Positions 1-11,537 of a stretch of DNA of 64,000 nt are shown one piece after another (positions within the stretch are counted from its first letter, which is position 1; each line of letters begins with the position of its first letter). The notes under the pieces were generated by a model that saw nothing but the letters and a program-made list of their open reading frames with translations, had not been told where the DNA came from and did not search any database. Location of the stretch: positions 64,001 to 128,000 of the forward strand of contig CAVOKF010000007.1 in the NCBI GenBank assembly GCA_963696385.1. Direction: 5' to 3'. The translations under genes and the position numbers were made by a program. This stretch comes from an uncultured delta proteobacterium. GTDB lineage: Bacteria > Myxococcota_A > Polyangia > Polyangiales > Polyangiaceae.

Positions 1-41
1 ACGACGGGCTCCCCGGGAGCCGGCGGCCCGGGGACCGCGCC

Positions 42-1841
42 TTGAGGCCCGCGACGTTCGCATGGGCGCTGCTCGCTCTCGGAGCGTGCGGCGGCGCGCA
101 AGGGCGACTGCACCTGTTTTCGACACAATGGGAAGACGACCACGGCGTATCGATCGACCGGGTCTTTCGGCAAATTGGCGGCTCGCCCATCCCCGCGGCG
201 GCGGACGTCGTCGTCGGCGTCAGCGCGCAAGGCGACACGCTCATCGGCGTTCCCCTGTCCGGCGACCGGAGCGGGGTCCGGTGGACGTTTGCGCATCCGC
301 TCGACGCGCGGCCGGTGGCCACGGGCAACGTCGTGGTGGGGTCCGGGGGCGGGGAAGCGTTCGCGCTCGTCGCGTCGAGCGGAGAGGTCATCTGGCGTCG
401 AAAGACGACCGGTCTCGCGCTCGTCGGTGCCGGGGACGATGGCGAGGTCACGGTCGTCACCTTCCAGAAGTTCGGCGGCCTCGGAAGCGTCCTTCTCGGA
501 GTCAAACGCGACGGAGAGCTCCTTCGCGAGATCGATACGGAAAAAGCCCTCGGCGGCCCTGCGTTGGTTCATCGCGTCGCGTTCGTTCCGTGGGCGGGCG
601 AATACGTCTCGGCCATCGATCTGTGGAGCGGCGACGAGACCGCCCGCGTGACCGTCCGCGAGGAGACCAGCCGCGCCTGGACCGCCGCGGGCTCACTCTG
701 GTTCGGCGAGCTCGCATTCACGCGCTTCGACGAACGCATCGCCCACGCGTCGGAGGACAAGGCATCGACCGTCACCGTGCCGTATCGTGACCTGCCGGGC
801 GCGCCGAAACTGATGCCGCCTGGCGCGACTCCCTTACCCGCAGCGGCAAACGCCACCGACAAGGTCCGTCTGTATGCGCGGCCGAGCCCTACCGACGGCG
901 GCGCCGCGATCGAGGACGGCCGCTACTACGCGACGTACTTCCGCGTCGCGATGGGGTTCGACGCGAGAGGCGCGAAGCTCGCATGGGTCCACGTTCACAG
1001 CGCCGATTTTCTGGGGGGCGCGGCCGCGTCGGGCGGCATCGTCCTGTGCGACGAAGTCGGAAACGTCGTCGCGTTGGACACGACGGCAGGCACCCTCGAG
1101 ACGGAAGCGACGTTGGGACAGCCGATCCGCGCGTGCGTGGTGAACATCGACGCACTCCACGTCCGGGGAGCGCCCGGCGGGCAGTCGCTCATCGCGCAGA
1201 TCGAGGCCGCCGTGCGGCTCGATGATCCGATGATCGCCAGCGCGCAACGCTTCTTGCTCCGCGAACTCGTGAAATCCAGCGACCCATCGGTGACCCAGAC
1301 GCTCGTCGACCTCGCGAGCAGCCCGCGCACGGGCCCCGACCTGCTCGCAGACGGACGGGCCAATCTCGCCAAGCGCCGCAACGGGGCCAGCTTCATGGAA
1401 GCTGCGCTCGAACGTCACTACGACTTCTTGAAGGACGTCCTGCGAGCACCCCCGGTGGGACCCATCGCCGATGCCCTGGCCGCGATGCACGAGACGCCCG
1501 CGGCCTCGCTCCTCGCATCGCACTTGCTCGATCCGGCCGATTCGGAGGACGACGTCCGAAGAGCGGCTGCCGCACTTGCCGTCATCGGCGGGACCAAGGA
1601 ACTGCCGGCGATGAGGCAATTTTTCGCGATGTACCGCGCCAGTGCGGAAGACGACGACGTATCCGCCGCCGTCGTGAGCATCGGAAAAGCACTGCTCGGG
1701 CTCGCGGACCCGGCCGCGCGCGCCGCTGTAGCAGCCGCCGTCGAAGATCCGATGACCGTGCCCTACGCGAAGGAGGGTCTGGAGGCTTTGCTCTCACCCG
1801 AGCCGTCGGCGCCTGGCGCGAGTCGAAAGCCGAATCCCTAG
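42..1841 (+). CDS. Lipoprotein with PQQ/BamB-like beta-propeller repeats and a C-terminal HEAT-like helical region
   Basis: Lipobox LGAC; propeller-like motifs (ALVASSGEVIW, AIDLWSGDE, ALDTTAG); helical repeats with DVRRAAAALA. Confidence 0.6.
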   Translation: MRPATFAWALLALGACGGAQGRLHLFSTQWEDDHGVSIDRVFRQIGGSPIPAAADVVVGVSAQGDTLIGVPLSGDRSGVRWTFAHPLDARPVATGNVVVGSGGGEAFALVASSGEVIWRRKTTGLALVGAGDDGEVTVVTFQKFGGLGSVLLGVKRDGELLREIDTEKALGGPALVHRVAFVPWAGEYVSAIDLWSGDETARVTVREETSRAWTAAGSLWFGELAFTRFDERIAHASEDKASTVTVPYRDLPGAPKLMPPGATPLPAAANATDKVRLYARPSPTDGGAAIEDGRYYATYFRVAMGFDARGAKLAWVHVHSADFLGGAAASGGIVLCDEVGNVVALDTTAGTLETEATLGQPIRACVVNIDALHVRGAPGGQSLIAQIEAAVRLDDPMIASAQRFLLRELVKSSDPSVTQTLVDLASSPRTGPDLLADGRANLAKRRNGASFMEAALERHYDFLKDVLRAPPVGPIADALAAMHETPAASLLASHLLDPADSEDDVRRAAAALAVIGGTKELPAMRQFFAMYRASAEDDDVSAAVVSIGKALLGLADPAARAAVAAAVEDPMTVPYAKEGLEALLSPEPSAPGASRKPNP

Positions 1842-1910
1842 CCAGCGAACACGGCCGGATCGCCCGGCGGGCGCGTTCGGCCCATGCTGATTGAAAGCGC
1901 CCGCGCAATC

Positions 1911-2082
1911 GCGACCCCGACCCCGACCCGGACTACCTCGACCTCGACCCCGACCTAACCCCGACCTCGACTACCTCGACCTCGACCTCGACCTTCAGCC
2001 TAACCTCGACCTCGACCCCGACCTAACCCCGACGTCGACTACCTCGACCTCGACCTCGACTACCTCGACCTCGACCTCGACC
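1911..2082. repeat. Intergenic degenerate hexamer repeat (CGACCT/CGACCC)n
   Basis: Runs of ctcgac/cccgac between two convergent genes. Confidence 0.9.
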
Positions 2083-2155
2083 CCGGATCGTGTGGCGTCC
2101 GCGGGCGGATGGCGCGTTCGGCACCGATCGAAATGGTCGTTACGAGGGGCACGGG

Positions 2156-2785
2156 TCACGATCGGACGCCGTCGACCAGGCCCATCTCTTCCTCGCGTGA
2201 TGAGAGACAACACTCGCTGCCCGGTGGGAACGTGCGGCAGGCGTCCGGACGAATCGCATACACCCCGCACCGGTTGTCGCTTCCGAGGTGTGAGCAGTCC
2301 TTGTTTTTTCGGAGAACGAGGACCATCCGACCGTCGTCCCGACGCGCGTACGGAGGCCTCGCGAGTTCGCCTCGTCCCGCATCCTCGAACCGCGCGATGT
2401 CCTCGTCGGCCAGCTCGACTCGGTTGTCCCTGCAGCAAGCGCCACAGGCCAGGCAGTCGAGATCGATCTCGCGCGTCGGCCCTTCGTGGACGGAGTCCCG
2501 GACGACCCGGTCGCGAACGATCGAATAACAGTCGTGAGGAACGCGCACGTATCCCATGCCCGCGAAAGCTCCGCTGCGCGCGACGCGGTAGTCGGATCGT
2601 CCCAAATCCAACACCGACCACCAGCCCAGGTCGAACTCATCGCGATCGTTCGGTCTCCGAAAGACGAGCCGTGCCCGCCGGGGTTCTCTCCAGACGAGCG
2701 CGTGGCCCCCCGCATGCACCCACGCGGCCGCTTGCCGACGGTGAGGCCACGTGTAGTTTCGGACGATCGGACGAGTCACGCGCAT
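2156..2785 (-). CDS. YkgJ-family cysteine-cluster (putative Fe-S) protein
   Basis: CLACGACC ... CSHL...CGVYAIRPDACRTFP motif. Confidence 0.8.
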   Translation of the reverse strand: MRVTRPIVRNYTWPHRRQAAAWVHAGGHALVWREPRRARLVFRRPNDRDEFDLGWWSVLDLGRSDYRVARSGAFAGMGYVRVPHDCYSIVRDRVVRDSVHEGPTREIDLDCLACGACCRDNRVELADEDIARFEDAGRGELARPPYARRDDGRMVLVLRKNKDCSHLGSDNRCGVYAIRPDACRTFPPGSECCLSSREEEMGLVDGVRS

Positions 2786-2827
2786 CGGGCGGCGTCCGAA
2801 TCATACCCCCTCGGAGTGCCCAGACCC

Positions 2828-3808
2828 ATGCACGCTATCGTCATTCGCGAGTTCGGCGGACCGGAGGTCTTGGAGATCCGTGAAGTGCCGACGCCCTCGC
2901 CCTCTCGCGGCGAGGTTCGCGTCCGAGTGCGGGCGACGGCGATCAACCGCGCCGACGTGCTGCAAAGGCTCGGGCGCTACCCGGCGCCCGCGGGCGCCCC
3001 GGCGGATATTCCGGGCCTCGAGATCGCCGGCGAAGTCGACGCGGTCGGCGAGGGCGTCACCGAGCTGTCCGTGGGCAACCGAGTGTTCGGAATCGTCGGC
3101 GGCGGCGGCTACGCCGAGTACGTCGTCGTGCATGCCCGAGCGGTGGCGACGATGCCGGCAGGAGTTTCGTTCACCGACGCCGCGGCCGTGCCCGAAGCCT
3201 TCATCACGGCGTGGGACGCCTTGGTCGATCAGGCCCACCTGACGGCGGGCGAAACGGCGCTGGTGCACGCGGCGGCCAGCGGTGTCGGGACGGCCGCGGT
3301 CCAGATTGCCCAAGCTCTGCGCGCCCGCCCTATCGGCACGCTGCGCACGCCGAAAAAGCTCGGCCGGACTCTGGAGATCGGCCTCCCGCAAGCCCTCGTC
3401 GTCGATCGCGGGAATTTCGCCGCCGAGGTGCTCGAACGCACTGCGGGAAAGGGAGCCGACGTGGTGCTGGACCTCGTGGGCGGCGACTACATTGCAGAAG
3501 ATCTGGCATGCCTCGCGCCGCAGGGTCGGATCATCGTGGTCGGCACGCTGGCGGGGACTCACGCCGACATGGACCTCGGCCTGCTGCTCCGCAAGCGGGC
3601 CACTCTGCGAGGAACGACGTTGCGAGCCCGCCCCATCGAGGAAAAAATATTGGCCGCGAGAGCGCTCGAACGCCACATCGTGCCTCTCATCGCAATGGGC
3701 GCGGTGCGGCCGGTCGTCGATCGCGTACTCGCGCTGGCCGACGCCGCCGAAGGCCATCGCTTGATGCAATCGAACGAGACCGTCGGCAAGATCGTCCTGC
3801 GGGTGTAG
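2828..3808 (+). CDS. NAD(P)H:quinone oxidoreductase (MDR/PIG3 family)
   Basis: MHAIVIREFGGPEVL, INRADVLQRLGRYP, HAAASGVGTAAVQ, GKIVL; ATG at 2828 inside the longer ORF. Confidence 0.9.
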   Translation: MHAIVIREFGGPEVLEIREVPTPSPSRGEVRVRVRATAINRADVLQRLGRYPAPAGAPADIPGLEIAGEVDAVGEGVTELSVGNRVFGIVGGGGYAEYVVVHARAVATMPAGVSFTDAAAVPEAFITAWDALVDQAHLTAGETALVHAAASGVGTAAVQIAQALRARPIGTLRTPKKLGRTLEIGLPQALVVDRGNFAAEVLERTAGKGADVVLDLVGGDYIAEDLACLAPQGRIIVVGTLAGTHADMDLGLLLRKRATLRGTTLRARPIEEKILAARALERHIVPLIAMGAVRPVVDRVLALADAAEGHRLMQSNETVGKIVLRV

Positions 3809-3825
3809 CGCCCGGAGACCGCGGA

Positions 3826-4090
3826 AAGGAGGCAGGGGCCAGCGCGTTCACCCGATGCGCGGGTGGTGCGCGAACGAGGCGGCCAGGGCGTGACGGGCGA
3901 CGCTCACCGAAGAAGGAGGCAGGGGCCAGCGCGTTCACCCGACGGGCGGGTGGTTTGCGCGAACGAGGCGGCCAGGTCGTGACGGGCGACGCTCACCGAA
4001 GAAGGAGGCAGGGGCCAGCGCGTTCACCCGATGCGCGGGTGGTTTGCGCGAACGAGGCGGCCAAGGTCGTGACGGGCGACGCTCACCGGA
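3826..4090. repeat. Three tandem copies of an ~88-bp palindrome-rich unit (REP/BIME-like)
   Basis: Units start AAGGAGGCAGGGGCCAGCGCGTTCACCCG at about 3826, 3913 and 4002; internal ACCCG..CGGGT hairpin. Confidence 0.9.
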
Positions 4091-4103
4091 AGCGGCGGCC
4101 CGA

Positions 4104-4886
4104 TCAGTGGCTTCGTGCGTGCGTCAAGCACAGCGAGCGCGGCTTGCCTCCGCACTTCTCGCACGAGCACACGCGAACATCGACCCCGTCCGCCTCGCGC
4201 GCACCGCAAATCGCGCACGTCCGCTGGCCGAATACCGGCGTGCTCGATTCGACTTGGGCGCGTCGGACCTGCTGCCGGGCCACGACCCGTCGCTGCCGGG
4301 CCAAGTGCGACCAGTGATCGCTGAAGAAAACGGCATACGCCGCCAGCGATGCGACGATCGCAGCGCGCGTGTTCCAGTCGCCAACGGCAAAGAAATAGGC
4401 AAACGCCGCAGCGGCCGCGATGCCCAGCCACTTCACCCGAACGGGAATGATGAAAAGCAGAAGAATTTGGACGTCCGGGAATACGGTGGCGAAGGCGAGA
4501 AAGAGGGAGCCATCGAGCCAGACATTGGTCATCGGCCCGGCAAGAGCCGCGGCGACGATCGTCGCGACCACCCCGAGCGCGTAATACACGTTGAACTTGA
4601 ATGCGCCCCAGTTCTGCTCGAGGCTCGAGCCGACCCACCAGGTAAAGTAAAGGTTGACGAGTATCCAGAGGGAAGAAGACGGCGGCGGCAGAAATACGAA
4701 CGTGACCAGCCGCCACACCTCGCCGTGCCGAACCGCGTCGAGGTCGAGCGTCAGGTGAGACTGAAAATCAGCGCGCAGCTGGGACAACACCCAGACCATC
4801 GCCATCCCGCCCACAACGAACCGGATGAGGTGGGGAACGGCAAAACGGCCGAAGCGCCGCTCGAGTCGCGCGAGGAGGCCTTCCAT
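4104..4886 (-). CDS. Rhomboid/Derlin-like membrane protein with a C-terminal Zn-finger-like Cys motif
   Basis: GEVWRLVTFVF, several TM segments, CAICG...CSCEKC...C..H. Confidence 0.7.
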   Translation of the reverse strand: MEGLLARLERRFGRFAVPHLIRFVVGGMAMVWVLSQLRADFQSHLTLDLDAVRHGEVWRLVTFVFLPPPSSSLWILVNLYFTWWVGSSLEQNWGAFKFNVYYALGVVATIVAAALAGPMTNVWLDGSLFLAFATVFPDVQILLLFIIPVRVKWLGIAAAAAFAYFFAVGDWNTRAAIVASLAAYAVFFSDHWSHLARQRRVVARQQVRRAQVESSTPVFGQRTCAICGAREADGVDVRVCSCEKCGGKPRSLCLTHARSH

Positions 4887-5215
4887 TGAATCGGAGGCGC
4901 GTAGCATATGCGCCGAGACGGAGCCAAGCTGTGGGGGTCGACGACCGCACGAACCGATCGGGGCTGAAACCGCCGTAAGGCTGGCTGGCGCGGAAGGCGA
5001 CTGCGACAGCCTCGTCCGAGCGATGGGCGTGTGGGATGGCTCGGCCGAACGAGGGAAGCCGACCGTCTCGACTCCGAGCTCCGATCGGGGTTTGCCGAAT
5101 CGGCGCTCGAACGCTGACGACCCGAGGCCAACGGACGCCCGTCGGGGGGCTTCGGGATCTGTTCGGACCGCTACCCACGCGCCGCCTCGATGCCGTCGAT
5201 GGACCGGATCTGTCG

Positions 5216-6607
5216 TCAGCGCAAACGGCCTCGGGCTTTGTTGAGCGCGTCGTCGATCATCGCCCGCCGTTCGCCGGCATCGCTCCAGCGCCGTTGCTGG
5301 TGCGTCGCCAGCTGATGGAGCGGGTCGAAGTACGTGAAGCTCTGGCCGGGTTTGACGCTCGGCGCGCTGTAGACGCTGATCCCCGTGTCGCGATCGTAAT
5401 AGTCGTAGGAATGCGCGTCGCGCTTGCCGCCGCCGCCGGGAGCGTCGACGACGAACGTCGGCGTATTGAAGCCCGCCGTCACTCCGCGAACGTGCTTCTC
5501 GATGTGGATCGCCGTATCGACGCTCGTCCTCAGGTCCTCGACACCTTGGACCATGTCGTGCAGATAGACGTAGTAGGCGTGTACGTTCAAATGACCCAAG
5601 CGCTTCACGAGCAGCGTCATCGTCTGGACGCTGTCGTTGACGCCTCGAATGAGAACGCTCTGGTTGCGCACGACGATGCCGCGCTCGAAGAGGCGACCCA
5701 TCGCCTGCTGGGTGATGCCGGTTATTTCGTTCGGACTGTTGAAGTGCGTGTGCAGTGCGACGTCCTTGTGGAGCCGTCGACCCTTTTCGACGACGTGCGT
5801 GAGGGCGTCGACCCACGCGTCGTCGTTCAAGATCTTCATCGGCATCACGGCGGGCCCCTTCGTCGCGAAACGCATCCGGCGAACGTGCGGGATGGCGAGA
5901 AGCGCGTCGCCAATCTCGACGAGATGCTGCGCTCGAAGCTGATAGGCGTCGCCGCCGCTGATGACGACGTCCTCGAGCTCCGGACGCGACGCAATGTACT
6001 GGTACGCGAGCAGCCAGCGCTCTTCGTTCGGGCGCAGGCGAACTTTCTCGACCTCATCGGTGTCGAGCCCGATGGCGTACGATCGCGTGCAAAAGCGGCA
6101 ATAGACCGGGCACGTGTCGAGCGGCAAGAAGAGAGCCTTGTCGGCGTACCGATGCGTCAGCCCAGCGACCGGCGCGTCCGCCTGCTCGGCAAGGGAATCG
6201 AGCCCGAGCTTAGGGTGATCGGGCAGAAGCCGCGACGCGAGCGGGAAGAATTGGATCCGGAGCGGATCCTCGTAGGGATGTTCCCAATCGATGAGAGAGA
6301 CGATGTACGGGCTCACGCGAACGCTCATCGGCGCTCGCTTCATTCCGTCCTCGAGGTCGGAGACAAAGCCTGAAGGAACGAGCTCCTGGATCGTTTCGAC
6401 GAGCTTGGAGACTTTGGTGATCGAGTTTTTCGCTTGCCAGCCGTGATCGAGAAAACTCATTTCGTCGACGCGACGGTACGCGGGGATCGCGTGCCACCAG
6501 GTCCCCTGCCGAAGATCTCGATGCACGAGCGTCGAGGGATCGACCGGAGGCTTCTTCGCCGACCACGACGGCAGATTGCGCACGATCGGGAGCGGCGGCG
6601 TCGACAT
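5216..6607 (-). CDS. kamA: KamA-family radical SAM protein (lysine 2,3-aminomutase-like)
   Basis: LTHRYADKAL, CPVYCRFCTR, ISGGD, NQSVLIRGVND, FVVDAPGGGGK. Confidence 0.88.
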   Translation of the reverse strand: MSTPPLPIVRNLPSWSAKKPPVDPSTLVHRDLRQGTWWHAIPAYRRVDEMSFLDHGWQAKNSITKVSKLVETIQELVPSGFVSDLEDGMKRAPMSVRVSPYIVSLIDWEHPYEDPLRIQFFPLASRLLPDHPKLGLDSLAEQADAPVAGLTHRYADKALFLPLDTCPVYCRFCTRSYAIGLDTDEVEKVRLRPNEERWLLAYQYIASRPELEDVVISGGDAYQLRAQHLVEIGDALLAIPHVRRMRFATKGPAVMPMKILNDDAWVDALTHVVEKGRRLHKDVALHTHFNSPNEITGITQQAMGRLFERGIVVRNQSVLIRGVNDSVQTMTLLVKRLGHLNVHAYYVYLHDMVQGVEDLRTSVDTAIHIEKHVRGVTAGFNTPTFVVDAPGGGGKRDAHSYDYYDRDTGISVYSAPSVKPGQSFTYFDPLHQLATHQQRRWSDAGERRAMIDDALNKARGRLR

Positions 6608-6704
6608 GTCTCCTTTCTGTACCGCGTTTCTCGGCGCCTTGCGCTCCGGGCGACCGCCGGACTTGCAGAGCTCTCTGCCGGGCGGCGGCCGCTCGGGTCG
6701 AGCC

Positions 6705-7796
6705 TTACGCGCGGTACCGCTCGACGGCCCTGCGCAGCTCGAGAGCGAGGTCCTCGGCGAGCTCGCGCGGTTCGAGGACTCGGGCCGCGGCTCCAAAGCC
6801 GAGCAGCCATGTCCGAACGCGTTCCAGCACTTCCGGGGAATCGGGCACCTGGATCGAGGCCCGGACGCGGCCGTCGGCCGCGACGGCGAGCTTCTGCGAT
6901 GGATGGACACGACGCGCCCGCACCGCCTCGGCCGCTCGCGCCTCGAACTCCACCAACACCGTCAGCTTTCGCGAGGCCCCCGCGATCCCGAAATCGCCCT
7001 GCACCCAGTCGGCGAGGGCGAATTCGGCCGGTAAGTCGAAGCGCTCGTCTTCGCTGGCCGAGATCTCGCTCATCCGTTCGAACCGAAATGCGCGCGTCAC
7101 GGCGTGGTCGAGGTCGTGTGCGACGCACGCCGCACTGCCACCGTGGAGCACGAGGGCGTACGGGTGGGTCTTCATGCGCGGCCACTGCGACACTTTGTCG
7201 TCCTGGCGGTCGCGGTATCGGAAATGGAGGACGCGCAATTCGGCGACCGCACGGAACAGTTCGTCGACGTCCTCGGAGCGGTTGGCGTACGCGTGCGCCC
7301 CGAGCGGAACGTAGGCGAACCGGTCTTCGATGCGCGCATCGGCCGGCGGATCGGCGCGCGCACCTCGAATGGGCGATCGGGCCATGGGCCGATGGGCGAC
7401 CTGCTCGATCTCGCGGAACACCACGTCGACCTCGTCGAACAGCGCCGATCCTTTGAGCACGTCGAAGACGCGACGGGCCGCGAGCAGCGCGTAGGCCTGC
7501 GTTCGCCGCAGGGCGACCGAGCGTCCTCGTTCGCTCGGCTTGATACGCCAGAGGTGGGCTCCGCCGGGAGTCACCGCAATGGATTCGAGATCCGTCACCA
7601 GCGCGAGCTCGCGAAGGTAACGACGCACAGAGCGAGGGGTCATCCGCAGCATGCCGGCAATCTCGTCGAGCCGCAGACCGGCGGTATGAACCTCGAGCTT
7701 CTCCCGGAGCAGATCGATGCGGCGATGCTGGGTGAATCGGCCGGACGGACGGCCGACGCGCGGCACTTTCGGGCGAGGGATCGATCGCACGGGCAT
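6705..7796 (-). CDS. WYL-domain transcriptional regulator (wHTH-WYL-WCX)
   Basis: N-terminal HTH (TPRSVRRYLREL), FRY..HPYAL..RAFRFERM, HPSQ, WLLGFGAAARVLEP. Confidence 0.88.
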   Translation of the reverse strand: MPVRSIPRPKVPRVGRPSGRFTQHRRIDLLREKLEVHTAGLRLDEIAGMLRMTPRSVRRYLRELALVTDLESIAVTPGGAHLWRIKPSERGRSVALRRTQAYALLAARRVFDVLKGSALFDEVDVVFREIEQVAHRPMARSPIRGARADPPADARIEDRFAYVPLGAHAYANRSEDVDELFRAVAELRVLHFRYRDRQDDKVSQWPRMKTHPYALVLHGGSAACVAHDLDHAVTRAFRFERMSEISASEDERFDLPAEFALADWVQGDFGIAGASRKLTVLVEFEARAAEAVRARRVHPSQKLAVAADGRVRASIQVPDSPEVLERVRTWLLGFGAAARVLEPRELAEDLALELRRAVERYRA

Positions 7797-7814
7797 GGGC
7801 GCCGAGCCTCCGGG

Positions 7815-8381
7815 TCAAATGGGTCGGTCGTGCAGCTCTTTCTTGTAACGATCCTTGTACTGGCGGTGACACGATCGGCAGCTCGCCCGCACGGCTTCGA
7901 GATCGAGCGCACGGGCGGCACTTGCGCCGTCGCGCGAGATCGACGCCCAGTTGGGGTAGCCGGGGGGGGCCATCGTCGCGACTTTGTCGAGCACCGTCGC
8001 GAGCGCGTCGAAGTCGTGGTTGTTCATGGCCGGCGTGCTGTGCGCCTTCATCCATGTGCGCAACGTGCACCGAGGCAGAGGCTTGTCGCCGCACGGAGGT
8101 TCGGGAGGCGTCTCGGGGTCGGCCTCGACCTCGGTCGGGGTCGCGGCCGCGGTCTCGGTCGTTGGCCCGGTCGCGCTCGCGGTGGCGGCCGGGATCGCGG
8201 TCGTTGGCCCGGTCGCGCTCGCGGCGGCGGCCGGGATCGCAGTGGCGACCGGCGCTGCGGTGGCGGTCGGGATCTCGGTCGTTGCTGCGATCCCGGAGGG
8301 GGCCGACGACGGATCGCTTTTCGAGCACGAACCGCCGACTGCCAAGGCGACGCCGAATAGGGACACCACGAGCCGTGTCAT
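7815..8381 (-). CDS. Exported lipoprotein with an Ala/Thr/Pro linker and a C-terminal c-type heme motif (cytochrome c'-like)
   Basis: Signal peptide/Cys (GGSC), repeated TTAIPAA..SATGP linker, CRSCH near the C-terminus. Confidence 0.6.
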   Translation of the reverse strand: MTRLVVSLFGVALAVGGSCSKSDPSSAPSGIAATTEIPTATAAPVATAIPAAAASATGPTTAIPAATASATGPTTETAAATPTEVEADPETPPEPPCGDKPLPRCTLRTWMKAHSTPAMNNHDFDALATVLDKVATMAPPGYPNWASISRDGASAARALDLEAVRASCRSCHRQYKDRYKKELHDRPI

Positions 8382-8491
8382 CGGGCGCACGATAGCAACG
8401 CCACGGCCGACCATGCTAAAGTACACGTGCCAGAACAAAGGGATCCGCCGGGGCAGTGTCCTTTCAATCGCCGGGAGGCGATCGGGGTTTG

Positions 8492-8590
8492 GGGGCGAAG
8501 CCCCAAGGAAACCGTCTTGGACCAGCGCCAGCCTGCAACGAAAGGCGTGCCCCGCAGAGCTCGGGTACCGTCCAGCGGGGCGCTGTACTA
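8492..8590. repeat. Dispersed MITE/REP-like element, copy A
   Basis: GGCGAAGCCCCAAGGAAA...AGCGCCAG..TGCAA...GGGTACCGTCCAGCGGGGCGCT aligns with the copies at 44.6 and 52.5 kb. Confidence 0.65.
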
Positions 8591-8604
8591 AGGCTTAGGC
8601 CGAA

Positions 8605-9948
<1,344 letters not shown>

Positions 9949-9960
9949 ATTCCCGAACCT

Positions 9961-10713
9961 GTGGAGGTCCCGCTCATGATGCGAACGCCGACGGCCGTCG
10001 GAACCATGCTGCTTTTGACCACATCGCTCGCGCACGCGCAGACCGAGCCGTTTGGGGGTCGCGGAGAATTCATTCTGAGCGCCGATCGGCTTCTGCCCCT
10101 TCTGTCGTACACCCGAACGGCGGAGAGCGATCTGCCGCCGGGCAGCGGTTCGCTCACGACCACCCAGACCGCCCTATCGCTATTCTGGGGCTCGACGGCG
10201 CCCGAGGAGCTGTTCTTCACCGTGCCACGGGTGGGCCTCGACTACGTCCTGATTCCGAACCTCACCGTCGGAGGCGACGCCCTCGTGTACACGACCCTCG
10301 GGAGCGGCACATCGACCAAGGCGAACCTCGCGGGGGGCGGTTCCATCACGACGAGCGCCGGCGACGGCGGGATGTTCGTTTTCGGGGTGGCACCGCGCGC
10401 CGGCTACGTCTTGCACCTGACGAGCATGCTTTCCGTGTGGCTGCGTGGCGGCCTCTCGTTTTACACGAGCGATACGAAGTTGGCCGACGGGACCCACCTC
10501 GGTCTGAATCAGTTCGCGCTCGACATCGATCCCCAACTGGTCGTCGCACTCGTGCCGCACTTCGGCATCACCGCGGGGGTCACCGCGGACCTGCCGATTG
10601 CGGGCGAACATTCTCAGACGACCTACAACGCGGACGGGTCGAGCCGAGAGGTTTCCGCGTCGTCGTCGGTCCTTTTCGTGGACGCGAACGTCGGCCTCAT
10701 GGGCTACTTCTAG
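9961..10713 (+). CDS. Outer-membrane beta-barrel protein
   Basis: Signal peptide (AHA), alternating beta-strands (PRVGLDY, APRAGY), C-terminal GYF. Confidence 0.7.
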   Translation: MEVPLMMRTPTAVGTMLLLTTSLAHAQTEPFGGRGEFILSADRLLPLLSYTRTAESDLPPGSGSLTTTQTALSLFWGSTAPEELFFTVPRVGLDYVLIPNLTVGGDALVYTTLGSGTSTKANLAGGGSITTSAGDGGMFVFGVAPRAGYVLHLTSMLSVWLRGGLSFYTSDTKLADGTHLGLNQFALDIDPQLVVALVPHFGITAGVTADLPIAGEHSQTTYNADGSSREVSASSSVLFVDANVGLMGYF

Positions 10714-11537
10714 CCTGCGCCCTGGTGCGAGGTCCCGGGGGTTGGCGGTGGCCGCTCGACGTCCGATGCCGCCCGACGGTCCGAGAGGATTCGCCCTGCC
10801 CGCGAACGTACTCCGCGACGACGGGCTCGGCTTGCGCCAGGGCCCGCACTCGACCGATTCGACGTCGCCAGCTGTCTCTTCGCGGTCGCGAGCGAGACAC
10901 CCAACATCTTCGCGACATCGGTGAGCTCCTGTTCCTCCATGAAGCGCAACTCGAGCGCGCGACAGCTTTCGGGTCGGAGTCGTGCGAGCAGCGCTCGCGT
11001 CCGCCACGCGACTTGGCGCACCTCGATGGGGGGACCGTCGGGCGCACCGCCCGGATCGGGAAGCTCCCCGGTCGCCGTGACCTTCTCCCACCACCGGAGC
11101 CGGCAGCGGCGCCGCTCGGATGCCGCCCATCGTAGCGCAATTCCGATGAGATAGCTTCGGAGTGCATCCGGATCGCGAAGTCGCGACAGACTCGTGAAAA
11201 AGCGGACGAAGACCTCTTGGGCATGATCGTCCAAATCGGCCCCGCAAAACGACGCGCCCAGGCAACGGCGTACGAGCGGCATGTAGCGCGTCACAATGGC
11301 CTGAGCCGCCCGTCGATCGCCGAGCAGCGCGGCACGGACCAAAGCCCCGTCTCGGTCGCGCTCGAACCCTCGGGGTCGATCACGGTTCGACGTCGACAGG
11401 CGCACCCCCGAGGGGGGTGCGGGCGGGATCGGCGCGCGCCGTACCGGCGCCTCGGACGCGCGGGCGGCTGTCGGGCGGATAGCCCCCGGCTGCGGCTGCA
11501 TGTCGGGAAGGCCGGAGTGCCACCCTGGATTGTTCAT
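10697..11537 (-). CDS. ECF RNA polymerase sigma factor (apparent 1-nt frameshift near 10862)
   Basis: DLDDHAQEVF (region 2), LTDVAKMLGVSLATAKRQL (region 4); a plausible C-terminus RVRALAQAEPVVAEY is in another frame. Confidence 0.8.

Noticed and set aside
1891..2883. 330-aa ORF with PRPR/LDLD/STST runs
   Set aside because: Translation of the hexamer repeat plus the antisense strand of the YkgJ gene.
3826..4090. Possible CRISPR array
   Set aside because: Units are ~88 bp, contiguous and near-identical, with no unique spacers; no cas genes.
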